DNA from: a virus | Taxonomy: Duplodnaviria > Caudoviricetes | DNA length: 26,960 bases | Reading direction: 5' to 3' (one strand) | Virus record (IMG/VR): IMGVR_UViG_3300017758_004567 | Coordinates: 1-26,960 of that record | Part shown: positions 1 through 10,150 of the stretch, one piece after another | Layout of the letters: the number at the start of each line of letters is the position of its first letter | How positions within the stretch are numbered: position 1 is the stretch's first letter | Notes under the pieces: model-generated | Told to the model about the DNA's origin: nothing | Databases searched by the model: none | What the model saw: only the letters and a program-made list of their open reading frames with translations | Program-made: the position numbers and the translations under genes

Positions 1-12
1 AAAATAATAGTT

Positions 13-1284
13 ATGTTTTGGTTAGTTGAAAATAATAAACAGTTAGATACATTAAAAAGTTATTGTAAAGGAGATGCCTTTATTGAAATAATTCCCTATA
101 GTAATGTAGAACATCCAACACAAAATGAAATTTGTGCTGTTTATATTAGGCCGTTAAATTCAACGAAAGGGTATATGGTGGCCATATCCCATAGTGAGAC
201 ATCTTTAATTGATTTAAACGCGCTAAAATGCGTTATATCCAATATAAATAATGTGTTTGTACGTGATAAAAAGGAGTTTCTTCATTATTTGATATTACAA
301 AACCTTTTTGACACAACATTAAATGGGCCTACGTATATACCAGAATACACTAAAACACATAGTTATTTTTACAACAAATATCCTAACAAAAAAGATATAA
401 ACAGAATAATACCTATAGTTAAACATTATGAGTATTGTGAGAAATTATTTAATGAATTAAAAGAAAGAATAAATGAGCCAATCAACGAATTTTACAACAC
501 AAAAGCCACAGTGGTTTTCAACGCCATGGAGCAAAGTGGTATACGAATTGACAGAGAAAAATTTGAATCGCATTTTCACCCTATCGATGGAGAATTCACC
601 TACACGCAATACAACTTTAAAACCACCACAACAAGACCCTCAAATAAATTTGGAGGAGTAAATTATGCGGCACTTAATAAAGAAAATGGGTGTAGGGAAA
701 GTTTTATCCCTAGGAATGACAAGTTTATTGAGTTGGATATTAGCGCTTATCATCCTACTCTTTTGGGTTTGTTGGTGGGTTATACATTTAGCGATAGTGA
801 TATCCACAAAGAATTTGCAAAAATGTATGGTGTGGATTACAAAAAAGCTAAAGAATTAACATTTAAGCAACTATACGGAGGAGTTTTCCAACAATTTAAA
901 GAGCTGGAATTTTTTAAAAAAGTTCAAGCATATACGGATGATTTGTGGGATAAGTTTCAAAATGAGGGATCAATTAATTGTCCTATTTCGGAGCATGTTT
1001 ATAAGAAAGAAGAGTTATTAAAAGAAGGTAATGAAATGAAGCCCCAAAAGTTATTAAATTATGTCCTACAAAACTTGGAGACAGCAATGAACGTTCGTAT
1101 ATTATGGGAAATATTTAAATCATTAAAAGGACGCAAAACTAAGTTAGTTTTATATACCTATGATTCATTTTTATTTGATTTTAAAGAGGGTGAAGATGAT
1201 TTAATGGTTGAAATTGCAAAAATAATTAATAATAATAAGTTACAAATAAAAGAAAGTTATGGAAACACCTACAATTTTAAATAA
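13..1284 (+). CDS. Short, divergent family A DNA polymerase-like protein
   Basis: PolA motifs in order: TTTTRPS (cf. TxTGRLSS), motif A ELDISAYHP, motif B KKAKELTFKQLYGG, motif C YTYDSFLF. Only 423 aa. Confidence 0.8.
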   Translation: MFWLVENNKQLDTLKSYCKGDAFIEIIPYSNVEHPTQNEICAVYIRPLNSTKGYMVAISHSETSLIDLNALKCVISNINNVFVRDKKEFLHYLILQNLFDTTLNGPTYIPEYTKTHSYFYNKYPNKKDINRIIPIVKHYEYCEKLFNELKERINEPINEFYNTKATVVFNAMEQSGIRIDREKFESHFHPIDGEFTYTQYNFKTTTTRPSNKFGGVNYAALNKENGCRESFIPRNDKFIELDISAYHPTLLGLLVGYTFSDSDIHKEFAKMYGVDYKKAKELTFKQLYGGVFQQFKELEFFKKVQAYTDDLWDKFQNEGSINCPISEHVYKKEELLKEGNEMKPQKLLNYVLQNLETAMNVRILWEIFKSLKGRKTKLVLYTYDSFLFDFKEGEDDLMVEIAKIINNNKLQIKESYGNTYNFK

Positions 1285-1294
1285 TAGGGTCAAT

Positions 1295-1732
1295 ATGTAT
1301 ACCGTAGACGATTTCTCTGAATTCGCTACATTAAACATAAAAGATTTGAATAATAAACTATTTTGCACGTTCACAACATTAGAGGAATTAGACCCATTAA
1401 TTAATAGGTTAACTTCTACGTATTCTATTATGTACAACAAAATCTTTGTTTTGCATGTTAAGAGTAATAATGAATATGTTTGCACATATAACATTGATCA
1501 AGCAAATCTAAGCACATTACCAGATAATACTATTTTGGTACATAGAAAAAAAGAATCAAATACACTATATACTATAAATGCCTTGAATGAGTTAATTAAA
1601 AGGTTAAATGGTGGAGTAGTTGATACTAAGTTTCCTATTACTTGGGAACATTACAGAAATACTATACTATTAACTCAAAGAGATGAGTTAAAAGAATTAA
1701 AGACAAAAATTTACAAAATTCTTGAAGTATAG
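1295..1732 (+). CDS. Hypothetical protein in the replication module
   Basis: ORF 1259..1732. ATG at 1295 preferred because it follows the polA-like stop. No motif recognised. Confidence 0.7.
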   Translation: MYTVDDFSEFATLNIKDLNNKLFCTFTTLEELDPLINRLTSTYSIMYNKIFVLHVKSNNEYVCTYNIDQANLSTLPDNTILVHRKKESNTLYTINALNELIKRLNGGVVDTKFPITWEHYRNTILLTQRDELKELKTKIYKILEV

Positions 1733-1762
1733 TTAGGCTAATCGAACATTCGTTCGTATATT
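1733..1762 (+). promoter_or_regulatory. Putative phage promoter (TTAGG-N15-TTCGTATATT)
   Basis: Intergenic copy of a bipartite motif seen 8 times in the window, upstream of ssb. Confidence 0.7.
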
Positions 1763-1806
1763 AATCACAATAATAAACGTTATAAAACAATTAAAAAGTT
1801 ATCTTT

Positions 1807-2628
1807 ATGGATTTAAATGCAATTAAAAATCGCTTGGATCAAATGAACAAGCAAGCTACCTCTAATAGTGGAGGTGGAAAGTCACTATTTTGGAAACCAT
1901 CAGTTGGTAAAGAAGTAGTTAGAGTAGTACCTAATAAGTACAACAAACAATTCCCTTTTACAGAAATGCTATTTTATTATGGTATTGGTCAGAGAGTGAT
2001 GGCATCACCTCAAAATTGGCAAGAAAAGGACCCAATTCAAGAATTTACAAAACAACTACGTAATAGTGGTGATAAAGAAAATTGGAGACTTGCTAAAAAG
2101 TTAGATGCTAAAACTCGTATTTTTGCTCCTATTATAGTAAGAGGACAAGAAGATGAGGGTGTTAAACTATGGCAGTTTGGTAAAGAAGTTTATCAAGATT
2201 TCCTAAATATGGCAGCTGATGAAGAAATTGGTGATTACACGGATATTGTAGGAGGTAGAGATATTAAATTAACTACAGTAGGACCTGAAGTAACAGGAAC
2301 TCCTTACAATAAAACATCAGTAGGACCTTCTTTAAAAACATCTGCACTAACAGGTGATGATGTTACTGCTAAAAATCTTCTAGAAAATCAACCAAACCCA
2401 CTTGAGGTGTTTAAAAGATTTTCATTTGATGAAGTTAAAGCTGCTTTGCAAGAGTATTTGTCAGATGGTGAAACTCAAGTTTCAACAACCACAACAACAA
2501 CTACAGCAACTCCAGCACCAGTATCGAATAATTACTCATTAGACACTAACAAATCAAAATCTAAGGCAGATCAATTTGATGATTTATTTTCAGATGATAA
2601 GTCTAAAGGAGATGATTTACCGTTTTAA
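1807..2628 (+). CDS. Single-stranded DNA-binding protein (T4 gp32-like)
   Basis: FWKP..VRVVP N-terminus, GVKLWQFGK, DYTDIVGGRDIKL, Thr-rich linker and acidic DDLPF tail. Next to recA and the helicase. Confidence 0.8.
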   Translation: MDLNAIKNRLDQMNKQATSNSGGGKSLFWKPSVGKEVVRVVPNKYNKQFPFTEMLFYYGIGQRVMASPQNWQEKDPIQEFTKQLRNSGDKENWRLAKKLDAKTRIFAPIIVRGQEDEGVKLWQFGKEVYQDFLNMAADEEIGDYTDIVGGRDIKLTTVGPEVTGTPYNKTSVGPSLKTSALTGDDVTAKNLLENQPNPLEVFKRFSFDEVKAALQEYLSDGETQVSTTTTTTTATPAPVSNNYSLDTNKSKSKADQFDDLFSDDKSKGDDLPF

Positions 2629-2640
2629 TAAATAAAATAT

Positions 2641-3717
2641 ATGGCGAGAAAGAAAAAAACACTAGGGGAAGCAGTCTCTAAAGAAATACAATCAAATTTC
2701 AATTTAGATGCTTTTAAAACTAAAAAAGGTTTAAAATCTAATATTAAATTTAAGGATCAAGACTGGATTCCTATTTCGTCAGCATTCCAAGAGGTAACTT
2801 CAATTCCAGGTATTCCTATGGGGCACATTGTGCTCCTTAGGGGTCACTCGGATACGGGTAAAACAACAGCACTTTTGGAAGCAGCTGTATCAGCTCAAAA
2901 AAGAAACATTTTACCTGTTTTTATTATTACAGAGATGAAATGGTCTTGGGATCATGCTAAAATGATGGGGTTAGAGGTTAATGAAATTAAAGATGAAGAA
3001 ACCGGTGAAGTTGAAAATTATGAAGGTAATTTTATTTATGTAGATAGAGAAACTATTAATTCTATAGAAGATGTTGCTGGATTTATTTTAGATTTAATTG
3101 ATGAACAAAAGAAAGGTAATTTACCTTATGATTTATTGTTTCTATGGGACTCTATTGGATCAGTACCTTGTGAAATGTCTATTAAATCTAATAAAAACAA
3201 CAATGAATGGAATGCGGGTGCTATGTCAACTCAATTTGGTAATAGTGTAAATCAAAAAATCACATTATCAAGAAAAGAGTCATCACCTTATACTAACACA
3301 TTAGTTTGTATTAACAAGGTTTGGACATTAAAGGCTGAATCCCCTATGGGGCAACCTAAATTAATGAATAAAGGTGGTTATGCTATGTGGTTTGATTCTA
3401 CATTTGTAGTAACATTTGGTAATGTTATGTCAGCAGGAACCTCTAAAATTAAAGCTATTAAGGATGGAAAACAAGTTGAATTTGCTAAAAGAGTAAATAT
3501 TCAAATTGATAAAAATCATATTAATGGTGTTACTACTAGAGGAAAAATTGTTATGACTCCTCATGGGTTTATATTAGATAATGACAGAGAACTTAAAAAT
3601 TACAAAGATGCTCGAAAAGAAGATTGGGCTGCTATTTTAGGTGGAGGTGATTTTAGAGTTGTAGAAGAAGGTCAGTCATTTACTGACATAACATCTTTTG
3701 AAGACGAGCCACAATAA
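2641..3717 (+). CDS. RecA/UvsX-like recombinase
   Basis: GIPMGHIVLLRGHSDTGKT (Walker A), LFLWDSIG (Walker B), KGGYAMWF, KNHI. Confidence 0.85.
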   Translation: MARKKKTLGEAVSKEIQSNFNLDAFKTKKGLKSNIKFKDQDWIPISSAFQEVTSIPGIPMGHIVLLRGHSDTGKTTALLEAAVSAQKRNILPVFIITEMKWSWDHAKMMGLEVNEIKDEETGEVENYEGNFIYVDRETINSIEDVAGFILDLIDEQKKGNLPYDLLFLWDSIGSVPCEMSIKSNKNNNEWNAGAMSTQFGNSVNQKITLSRKESSPYTNTLVCINKVWTLKAESPMGQPKLMNKGGYAMWFDSTFVVTFGNVMSAGTSKIKAIKDGKQVEFAKRVNIQIDKNHINGVTTRGKIVMTPHGFILDNDRELKNYKDARKEDWAAILGGGDFRVVEEGQSFTDITSFEDEPQ

Positions 3718-3719
3718 AT

Positions 3720-3748
3720 TTTGATCCCCGGGGTATTGTTCGTATATT
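3720..3748 (+). promoter_or_regulatory. Putative phage promoter (TTTGA-N14-TTCGTATATT)
   Basis: Motif copy with a spacer 1 nt shorter than the others, in the gap before the exonuclease gene. Confidence 0.65.
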
Positions 3749-3768
3749 CCGGGTATAAAAACACAATT

Positions 3769-4800
3769 ATGAAACAAAAAGAACTATTTAATCTCTTGGA
3801 TGGTATTCAGGAGCAAGGGGAAGAAACTGTAAAAAATGAAAGAATATTGTTGATTGATGGTTTAAATTTATTTTTCCGCAATTTTGCAATGATGAATATG
3901 GTTAACCCTGATGGAGTACATATAGGGGGTTTAGGTGGTTTTTTTCGTTCATTAGGGGCAGAAATTCGTAGAATTGATCCTACACAAGTTTACGTTGTTT
4001 TTGATGGAGCAGGATCAGCTAATAATAGAAAAAATATATTACCTGAATATAAATCTGGAAGGGATCTCCAACGAATTACTAATTGGGATGCTTTTGATGA
4101 TTTAGAAGATGAACATGATGCTAAAGTAGATCAAATGGTTAGGATTATACAATATCTAAAAACACTACCAGTTAAAACTTGTAGTATAGATAAAGTTGAA
4201 GCTGATGATATTATTGCTTATTTTAGTAAAGTAATCCCTAAAAAACCAGAAGATAAGGTATTTATAGTTTCTTCTGATAAAGATTTTCTTCAATTAGTAA
4301 ATAAGAATGTTATTGTATATCGTCCTATGGAAAAAGAATTTTATACTGAAGAAACTATACAAGAAAAGTATAAAATGTCTCCTAAGAACTTTATTTTACA
4401 TAAAACTTTATTAGGTGATAATTCAGATAAAATTAAAGGTGTTAAAGGATTAGGTGCTAAAGGGTTATATAAAAAATTCCCTGAATTAATGGAACGTGAT
4501 CTTACACTTGATGACATATATAATATATGTGAATCAAAGTTTAAGGAGCATGTAGTATATGCTAGAGTAATTCAAAACTTTGATGATTTAGAAAAAAATT
4601 ACAAAATAATGGATTTAGATAATCCTATGATTAGTAAAGATGATGAAAAATATTTAGATGCGGTTGTTAATTCAGAAGTCCCTCCGTATATTCCAGATCA
4701 ATTCGTAGCATTCTATAATCAAGATAAACTTGGGGGTATGATACGAAATGTTGAGTTTTGGGTAAAAGAAATTTTTGAAAAATTAGTTATAAAAAAATAA
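3769..4800 (+). CDS. 5'-3' exonuclease / flap endonuclease (T4 RNase H-like)
   Basis: LLIDGLN, VVFDG, YKSGR, EADDII, SSDKDFLQL, LLGDNSDKIKGVKGLG. ATG at 3769 chosen because it lies downstream of the promoter motif. Confidence 0.92.
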   Translation: MKQKELFNLLDGIQEQGEETVKNERILLIDGLNLFFRNFAMMNMVNPDGVHIGGLGGFFRSLGAEIRRIDPTQVYVVFDGAGSANNRKNILPEYKSGRDLQRITNWDAFDDLEDEHDAKVDQMVRIIQYLKTLPVKTCSIDKVEADDIIAYFSKVIPKKPEDKVFIVSSDKDFLQLVNKNVIVYRPMEKEFYTEETIQEKYKMSPKNFILHKTLLGDNSDKIKGVKGLGAKGLYKKFPELMERDLTLDDIYNICESKFKEHVVYARVIQNFDDLEKNYKIMDLDNPMISKDDEKYLDAVVNSEVPPYIPDQFVAFYNQDKLGGMIRNVEFWVKEIFEKLVIKK

Positions 4801-4805
4801 GTTAC

Positions 4806-6170
4806 ATGACATTAGTAAATTTAAACCATTATGGTATTCACTTTCAAATTAAAGCAATATCTTCGTTGCTTACACATAAGCAATTTTTAATTAGTATACA
4901 TGATGTGTTAAGTGAAGAATATTTTGATAATCAAGCACATAAATGGATTATTAAAGAAATATTAAGATATTATGATAGATATCATACTACCCCTTCAATG
5001 GATATTCTTAAAGTTGAGGTAAAAAAAATTGATAATGAAGTATTACAACTATCTGTTAAAGAACAACTTAGAGAAGCATACCAAGCTTCTGAAGAAGATT
5101 TAGAATATGTACAAGAAGAATTTTCAACATTTTGTAAAAACCAACAACTTAAAAAAGCATTACTTAATAGTGTAGATTTACTTAAAGCGGGTGACTTTGA
5201 TGGTATTAAACATTTAGTAGAGTCAGCATTAAAAGCAGGAAATGATAAAAATGTAGGACATGAATATAATAAAGATATTGAAACTAGATTTAGGGAAGAT
5301 GCTAGAACTACTATTGGTACGCCTTGGCCTAAAATTAATGAATTACTACAAGGTGGATTGGGAAATGGAGATTTTGGTCTCATATTTGGTAATCCAGGAG
5401 GTGGTAAATCTTGGTCGTTAGTAGCATTAGGAGGTTATGCTGTAAAAATGGGTTATAATGTAATTCATTATACTCTAGAATTAGGAGAAGCTTATGTAGG
5501 AAGAAGGTATGATGCTTTTTTCTCACAAATACCAGTTGATAGAATTCTTCAGAATCGAGAAAAGATTGAGGATATAATTCCTCAATTACCTGGGGAATTA
5601 ATTATTAAAGAATTTCCAACAGGAAGAGCAACTATGTCTACTATAGAATCACACATATCTAAAGTAGGAGATTCAGGAATTAAACCAGATTTAGTAATTA
5701 TAGATTATGTTGATCTCCTTAGCACAAAGAAAAAAACAGCTGATCGTAAGGGTGAAATTGATGATATTTATACAAGCACTAAGGGATTAGCTAGAGAATT
5801 AGATATACCAATTTGGTCTGTTTCTCAAGTTAATAGAGCTGGTGCAAAAGACGACATTGTAGAAGGAGATAAAGCAGCAGGATCATATGATAAGATTATG
5901 ATTACTGATGTCTGTATTTCCCTTTCAAGAAAAAAAGCAGATAAAGTAAATGGTACAGGAAGATTTCACATTATGAAAAACAGATATGGTATTGATGGTT
6001 TAACCTTTGGTGTAAAAGCAGATACATCTACAGGTCATTTTGAGGTTATAGATTATGACCCAGAAGACTATGAAAAGGAACCTACTCAACCTATAAATGG
6101 ATTTAATAATGACCTAGATACTTTTGATAAGCAATCATTAAAAAATAAATTTTTCGAACTTAATAAATAA
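4806..6170 (+). CDS. Replicative DNA helicase (DnaB / T4 gp41-like)
   Basis: GNPGGGKS Walker A, HYTLEL, IIDYVDLL, SQVNR, KNRYG. Confidence 0.92.
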   Translation: MTLVNLNHYGIHFQIKAISSLLTHKQFLISIHDVLSEEYFDNQAHKWIIKEILRYYDRYHTTPSMDILKVEVKKIDNEVLQLSVKEQLREAYQASEEDLEYVQEEFSTFCKNQQLKKALLNSVDLLKAGDFDGIKHLVESALKAGNDKNVGHEYNKDIETRFREDARTTIGTPWPKINELLQGGLGNGDFGLIFGNPGGGKSWSLVALGGYAVKMGYNVIHYTLELGEAYVGRRYDAFFSQIPVDRILQNREKIEDIIPQLPGELIIKEFPTGRATMSTIESHISKVGDSGIKPDLVIIDYVDLLSTKKKTADRKGEIDDIYTSTKGLARELDIPIWSVSQVNRAGAKDDIVEGDKAAGSYDKIMITDVCISLSRKKADKVNGTGRFHIMKNRYGIDGLTFGVKADTSTGHFEVIDYDPEDYEKEPTQPINGFNNDLDTFDKQSLKNKFFELNK

Positions 6171-6174
6171 AAAC

Positions 6175-7161
6175 ATGGCAAAAACCTCTTTACTTAAAGA
6201 AAGGGTGGTATATAAACCTTTTGAATACCAAGAAGCATCTGATTTCTGGTTAAAACAACAACAAGCACATTGGCTTCATACAGAAGTACCTATGATGAGT
6301 GATGTTAATGATTGGAAACAAAATCTATCAGAAACTGAAAAAAATATAATTGGTACTATATTAAAGGGGTTTGCCCAAACCGAAACAGTAGTAAATGATT
6401 ACTGGTCAACTTTAGTTACAAAGTGGTTTAGAAAACCAGAAGTAATTAAAATGGCTGTTACATTTGGAGCTTTTGAAACCATTCATGCTGAAGCATATAG
6501 TTTATTAAATGAAGAATTAGGTTTAGATGATTTTAGTGAATTTTTAGAAGATGAAGCTACAATGGCTAAAATTGAAGCATTAACTACCGTAAGAGATTCT
6601 CACGATGGTACCCCCAATTGGCATGAAAGAGCAAAATCTTTAGCAATATTTTCAGCATTTACAGAAGGTGTAAATTTATTTTCTTCATTTGCTGTTTTAT
6701 TATCATTTAAATTAGATAATAAGCTTAAAGGTGTAGGTCAAATAGTAGAATGGAGCATTAGAGATGAATCTTTACATTCAGAAGCTGGGTGTTGGTTATT
6801 TAGAACTTTAATGCAAGAACATCCTGAATTTAATACACCTGAGTTAAAAAAAGATATTGAAGAAGCAGCAAAACTTTCATTAAAATTAGAATTAGATTTT
6901 ATTGATAAAGTATATGAAATGGGTGATTTAAAAGGATGTCCAAAATATGATTTAGTATCATTTATTAAACATAGAGTAAATACTAAAATGAGTGATTTAG
7001 GATATGGGGCAATTGTTAATGGTATAGATCAAGAAGCAGTAAAAAGAATGAAGTGGTTTGATAGTTTATCTGCAGGAAAACAACACACAGATTTTTTTGC
7101 AAATAGAGTTACTAATTATTCCAAAGGAGTTCAAGATTGGGATGCTAATTCAATATTTTAA
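6175..7161 (+). CDS. nrdB: Ribonucleotide reductase class Ia beta subunit
   Basis: ETIHAEAYS (radical Tyr), EGVNLFSSF, RDESLH, TDFFANRVTNY. Confidence 0.96.
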   Translation: MAKTSLLKERVVYKPFEYQEASDFWLKQQQAHWLHTEVPMMSDVNDWKQNLSETEKNIIGTILKGFAQTETVVNDYWSTLVTKWFRKPEVIKMAVTFGAFETIHAEAYSLLNEELGLDDFSEFLEDEATMAKIEALTTVRDSHDGTPNWHERAKSLAIFSAFTEGVNLFSSFAVLLSFKLDNKLKGVGQIVEWSIRDESLHSEAGCWLFRTLMQEHPEFNTPELKKDIEEAAKLSLKLELDFIDKVYEMGDLKGCPKYDLVSFIKHRVNTKMSDLGYGAIVNGIDQEAVKRMKWFDSLSAGKQHTDFFANRVTNYSKGVQDWDANSIF

Positions 7162-7164
7162 TTT

Positions 7165-8880
7165 ATGGAAAACAACGCACTACAGGTAGATTATAGTCAA
7201 TGGGAACCCGGAAAACAATATCCGGAATGGATGGATGAAATTTCTTTAGCTACAATTAGTAAAGGATATTTACTTCCAGGTGAAACAGTTAAATCAGCAT
7301 ATAGGAGAGTAGCTAATGCAGCAGCTATTAGACTTAAAAAACCAGAACTATCTAATAAATTTTTTAAAATAATGTGGAATGGTTGGTTAGGTTTAGCATC
7401 TCCTGTATTATCAAATATGGGAACAGATAGAGGCTTACCAATATCATGTTTTGGTGTTGATACACCTGATTCTATACGTGGTATAGGGTTAACTAACGCA
7501 GAACTAATGAAGCTAACAGCATCCGGTGGGGGTGTAGGTATTTCACTATCACGCATTAGAACACGTGGAAAAGAAATTACTGGAAATGGTAAAAGTGAAG
7601 GTGTAGTACCTTGGGCTAAAATATTTGATTCATCAATAATTGCTACTAATCAAGGTAATGTTAGAAGAGGAGCAGCATCTGTTAATTTAGATATTGAACA
7701 TGGAGATATAGATGAATTTTTACAAATTCGCAGACCAAAAGGAGATCCTAACAGACAATGTCTTAATTTACATCAATGTGTTGTTGTAGGAGATGCCTTT
7801 ATGAGAAAATTAGAAGCAAGAGATCCTGAATCAATGAACAGATGGGCTACTGTTCTTAAATCTAGAATGGAAACAGGTGAACCTTATATAATGTATAAGG
7901 ATAATGTTAATAAAGATAATCCAATTGCTTATAGATTAAATAATTTAGAAGTAAGTATGACTAACATTTGCTCTGAAATTACATTATTTACAGATGAAGA
8001 ACACTCATTTATATGTTGTTTATCTTCTATGAATTTAGCTAAATATGATGAATGGAAAGATACAGATGCAGTTGAATTAGCTACTTGGTTTTTAGATGGG
8101 GTAATGCAAGAATTTATAGATAAATCTAATGGTAAGGATTCATTAAGAAGAACCCACCAACATGCTAAAAAAGGTAGAGCATTAGGTTTAGGTGTAATGG
8201 GTTGGCATTCATTTTTACAACAAAAAGGATTACCATTTAATTCTATAGCATCAACAGCTCATACCCATAATATATTTTCAGATATTAGAGGCAAAGCAGA
8301 AAAAGCATCAATGGCTTTAGCTCAAGAATATGGAGAACCATTATGGTGTAAAGGAACAGGAATGAGAAATACCCACTTATTAGCAATAGCCCCAACAGTA
8401 TCTAACTCAGTTATTTGTGGTGGTATTAGTGCAGGTATTGAACCTTTACCTGCTAACATTTATACATTTAATGGTGCTAAAGGTACCTTTATAAGAAAAA
8501 ATAAAGTATTACAAGAAATATTATTAGCTAAGGGAGAAGATAAAGATAAATGGTGGGATCAAATGCTATCAGAAGATGGATCAGCACAAGGCTTACCAGA
8601 TAATATTTTATCTCCTGAAGAAAAAGAATTATTTTTAACATTTCCTGAAATTAATCAATTAGAGCTAGTTAGACAAGCAGCTATGCGTCAAAGATATATA
8701 GATCAAACTCAATCTTTAAATTTATCATTTGATCCAAGTGATTCACCAAAATGGATTAATCAAGTACATTTAGAAGGATGGAAATTAGGAATTAAAACAT
8801 TTTATTATTTAAGAACTGATTCCGTTATTAAAGGCGACTTAGGTTCTAGAATGGCAGATTGTATATCTTGTGATGGATAA
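7165..8880 (+). CDS. nrdA: Ribonucleotide reductase class Ia alpha subunit (no obvious ATP cone)
   Basis: PISCF, GGGVG, TNICSEI, CCLSS, APTVSNS, C-terminal CISCDG. 571 aa. Confidence 0.96.
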   Translation: MENNALQVDYSQWEPGKQYPEWMDEISLATISKGYLLPGETVKSAYRRVANAAAIRLKKPELSNKFFKIMWNGWLGLASPVLSNMGTDRGLPISCFGVDTPDSIRGIGLTNAELMKLTASGGGVGISLSRIRTRGKEITGNGKSEGVVPWAKIFDSSIIATNQGNVRRGAASVNLDIEHGDIDEFLQIRRPKGDPNRQCLNLHQCVVVGDAFMRKLEARDPESMNRWATVLKSRMETGEPYIMYKDNVNKDNPIAYRLNNLEVSMTNICSEITLFTDEEHSFICCLSSMNLAKYDEWKDTDAVELATWFLDGVMQEFIDKSNGKDSLRRTHQHAKKGRALGLGVMGWHSFLQQKGLPFNSIASTAHTHNIFSDIRGKAEKASMALAQEYGEPLWCKGTGMRNTHLLAIAPTVSNSVICGGISAGIEPLPANIYTFNGAKGTFIRKNKVLQEILLAKGEDKDKWWDQMLSEDGSAQGLPDNILSPEEKELFLTFPEINQLELVRQAAMRQRYIDQTQSLNLSFDPSDSPKWINQVHLEGWKLGIKTFYYLRTDSVIKGDLGSRMADCISCDG

Positions 8881-8932
8881 ATAAAATAATATAGTTATAA
8901 CCAATAATTTAATAAAACAAATAAACAAACAA

Positions 8933-9445
8933 ATGAAAAAACTATTGACACTTTTAATTGCATCTACTTTATTAGTAGCATGTAATAATACTAACAAAAA
9001 AGCAGAAGTAAAAACAGACCCTGCTAAATTTACTTTAACAGTAATTAATAATACCGATCAAGATATGAAATGGGAACAAAGTTGGGCAATGACAGGACCA
9101 GATTCTGGAGTTGTAGCAGCTGGTGATACTGTTGAATTATCTTCTAATGAAGTTGATTCAGATCATATTAATGTTTACCCAATGCCTCCTAAAAGCGTAG
9201 ATCAACCAAACCCTGGAAATGGGACGTTTAATATGCAATATGGTTGGGATGGACATATAGCACGTGTTTATTGTGATAATGTGTGTAATAAAGGATACCC
9301 AACAAAACAATTTAATTATGAAGGTACAAATTGGATATACGTAACTGAATGGTTAAAGGATCCAGCAGTACAAACTAACACAACAAATACAGTAACTATT
9401 ACAACTGAAGCATATACACCTCCAGTAGTAGAAATAGTAAAATAA
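8933..9445 (+). CDS. Putative lipoprotein
   Basis: MKK, hydrophobic stretch and LVA-C lipobox, followed by a beta-rich mature region. Confidence 0.75.
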   Translation: MKKLLTLLIASTLLVACNNTNKKAEVKTDPAKFTLTVINNTDQDMKWEQSWAMTGPDSGVVAAGDTVELSSNEVDSDHINVYPMPPKSVDQPNPGNGTFNMQYGWDGHIARVYCDNVCNKGYPTKQFNYEGTNWIYVTEWLKDPAVQTNTTNTVTITTEAYTPPVVEIVK

Positions 9446-9477
9446 AATAAAAAAGAAAAATTAACTATATTATTAAG

Positions 9478-9503
9478 AGAGGTGCATAAGCACCTCTTTT
9501 TTT
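9478..9503 (+). terminator. Rho-independent terminator
   Basis: AGAGGTGC-ATAA-GCACCTCT perfect 8-bp stem followed by a T run. Confidence 0.88.
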
Positions 9504-9536
9504 ATATTTATCATTGAATCATTAAAATTAATTATT

Positions 9537-9821
9537 ATGGCAATATTTGGAGTAATTTGTTTAATTGTATTAGTAGGAGCAGCAGTTCTTATTTATTTAC
9601 AAAAAACAGGGAAAGTAGGCGATAGAGATAAAGATCTTATCCCTGATGTAGTAGAAGATACAATTGAAGAAACTCAAAAAAGAGTTAAAGCAGTTAAAAA
9701 AGAAGCAAAGCAAGCAAAAGTAGCAATTTCTAAAGCAGCAAAAGAAGTTAAAGATGTTGCTAAAGCAGCTGCTGGTAAAAGAACAACTAAAAAAAGAGGA
9801 AGAAAACCTTCAAAAAAATAA
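9537..9821 (+). CDS. Membrane-anchored protein with Lys/Ala-rich basic tail
   Basis: N-terminal TM helix, DRDKDLIPD motif, KKRGRKPSKK C-terminus. Confidence 0.75.
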   Translation: MAIFGVICLIVLVGAAVLIYLQKTGKVGDRDKDLIPDVVEDTIEETQKRVKAVKKEAKQAKVAISKAAKEVKDVAKAAAGKRTTKKRGRKPSKK

Positions 9822-9864
9822 CAATTAGTTTTAAAATAGTTTTAATAAAAAAGTTTATAATATT

Positions 9865-10146
9865 ATGAATAATTTAAAATCAAAATTTATGGCTTTTAAA
9901 AACATATTTAAAGATAACAATGACATTAATGAAAAGAGTGTTATTGGATTTATGTCATTTTTAGTAATGATAATATTTGCACTAGTAGACCTAATCACAG
10001 GATATTTTCAAAAAGGTTTGGTAATTAATGAGTTTATATATGAATCGTTTTTAATAATAACCTTAGGGTGTTTTGGCATAGCAGGGTTAGAAAAGATTTT
10101 TGGGAACAGACAACCTAAAAACGAAGATAAAAACGATAATATATAA
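9865..10146 (+). CDS. Small two-TM membrane protein (holin-like architecture)
   Basis: Two hydrophobic segments and a charged C-terminus. The start may be the second Met at 9889. Confidence 0.7.
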   Translation: MNNLKSKFMAFKNIFKDNNDINEKSVIGFMSFLVMIIFALVDLITGYFQKGLVINEFIYESFLIITLGCFGIAGLEKIFGNRQPKNEDKNDNI

Positions 10147-10150
10147 AAAA

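Noticed and set aside
473-859. Two alternative-frame + strand ORFs (473..661 and 665..859) inside the polA-like gene
   Set aside because: Fully nested in a motif-bearing gene and without recognisable features, so treated as shadow ORFs.
2485-2505. ACA-rich microsatellite-like tract
   Set aside because: It simply encodes the Thr-rich linker of the SSB.
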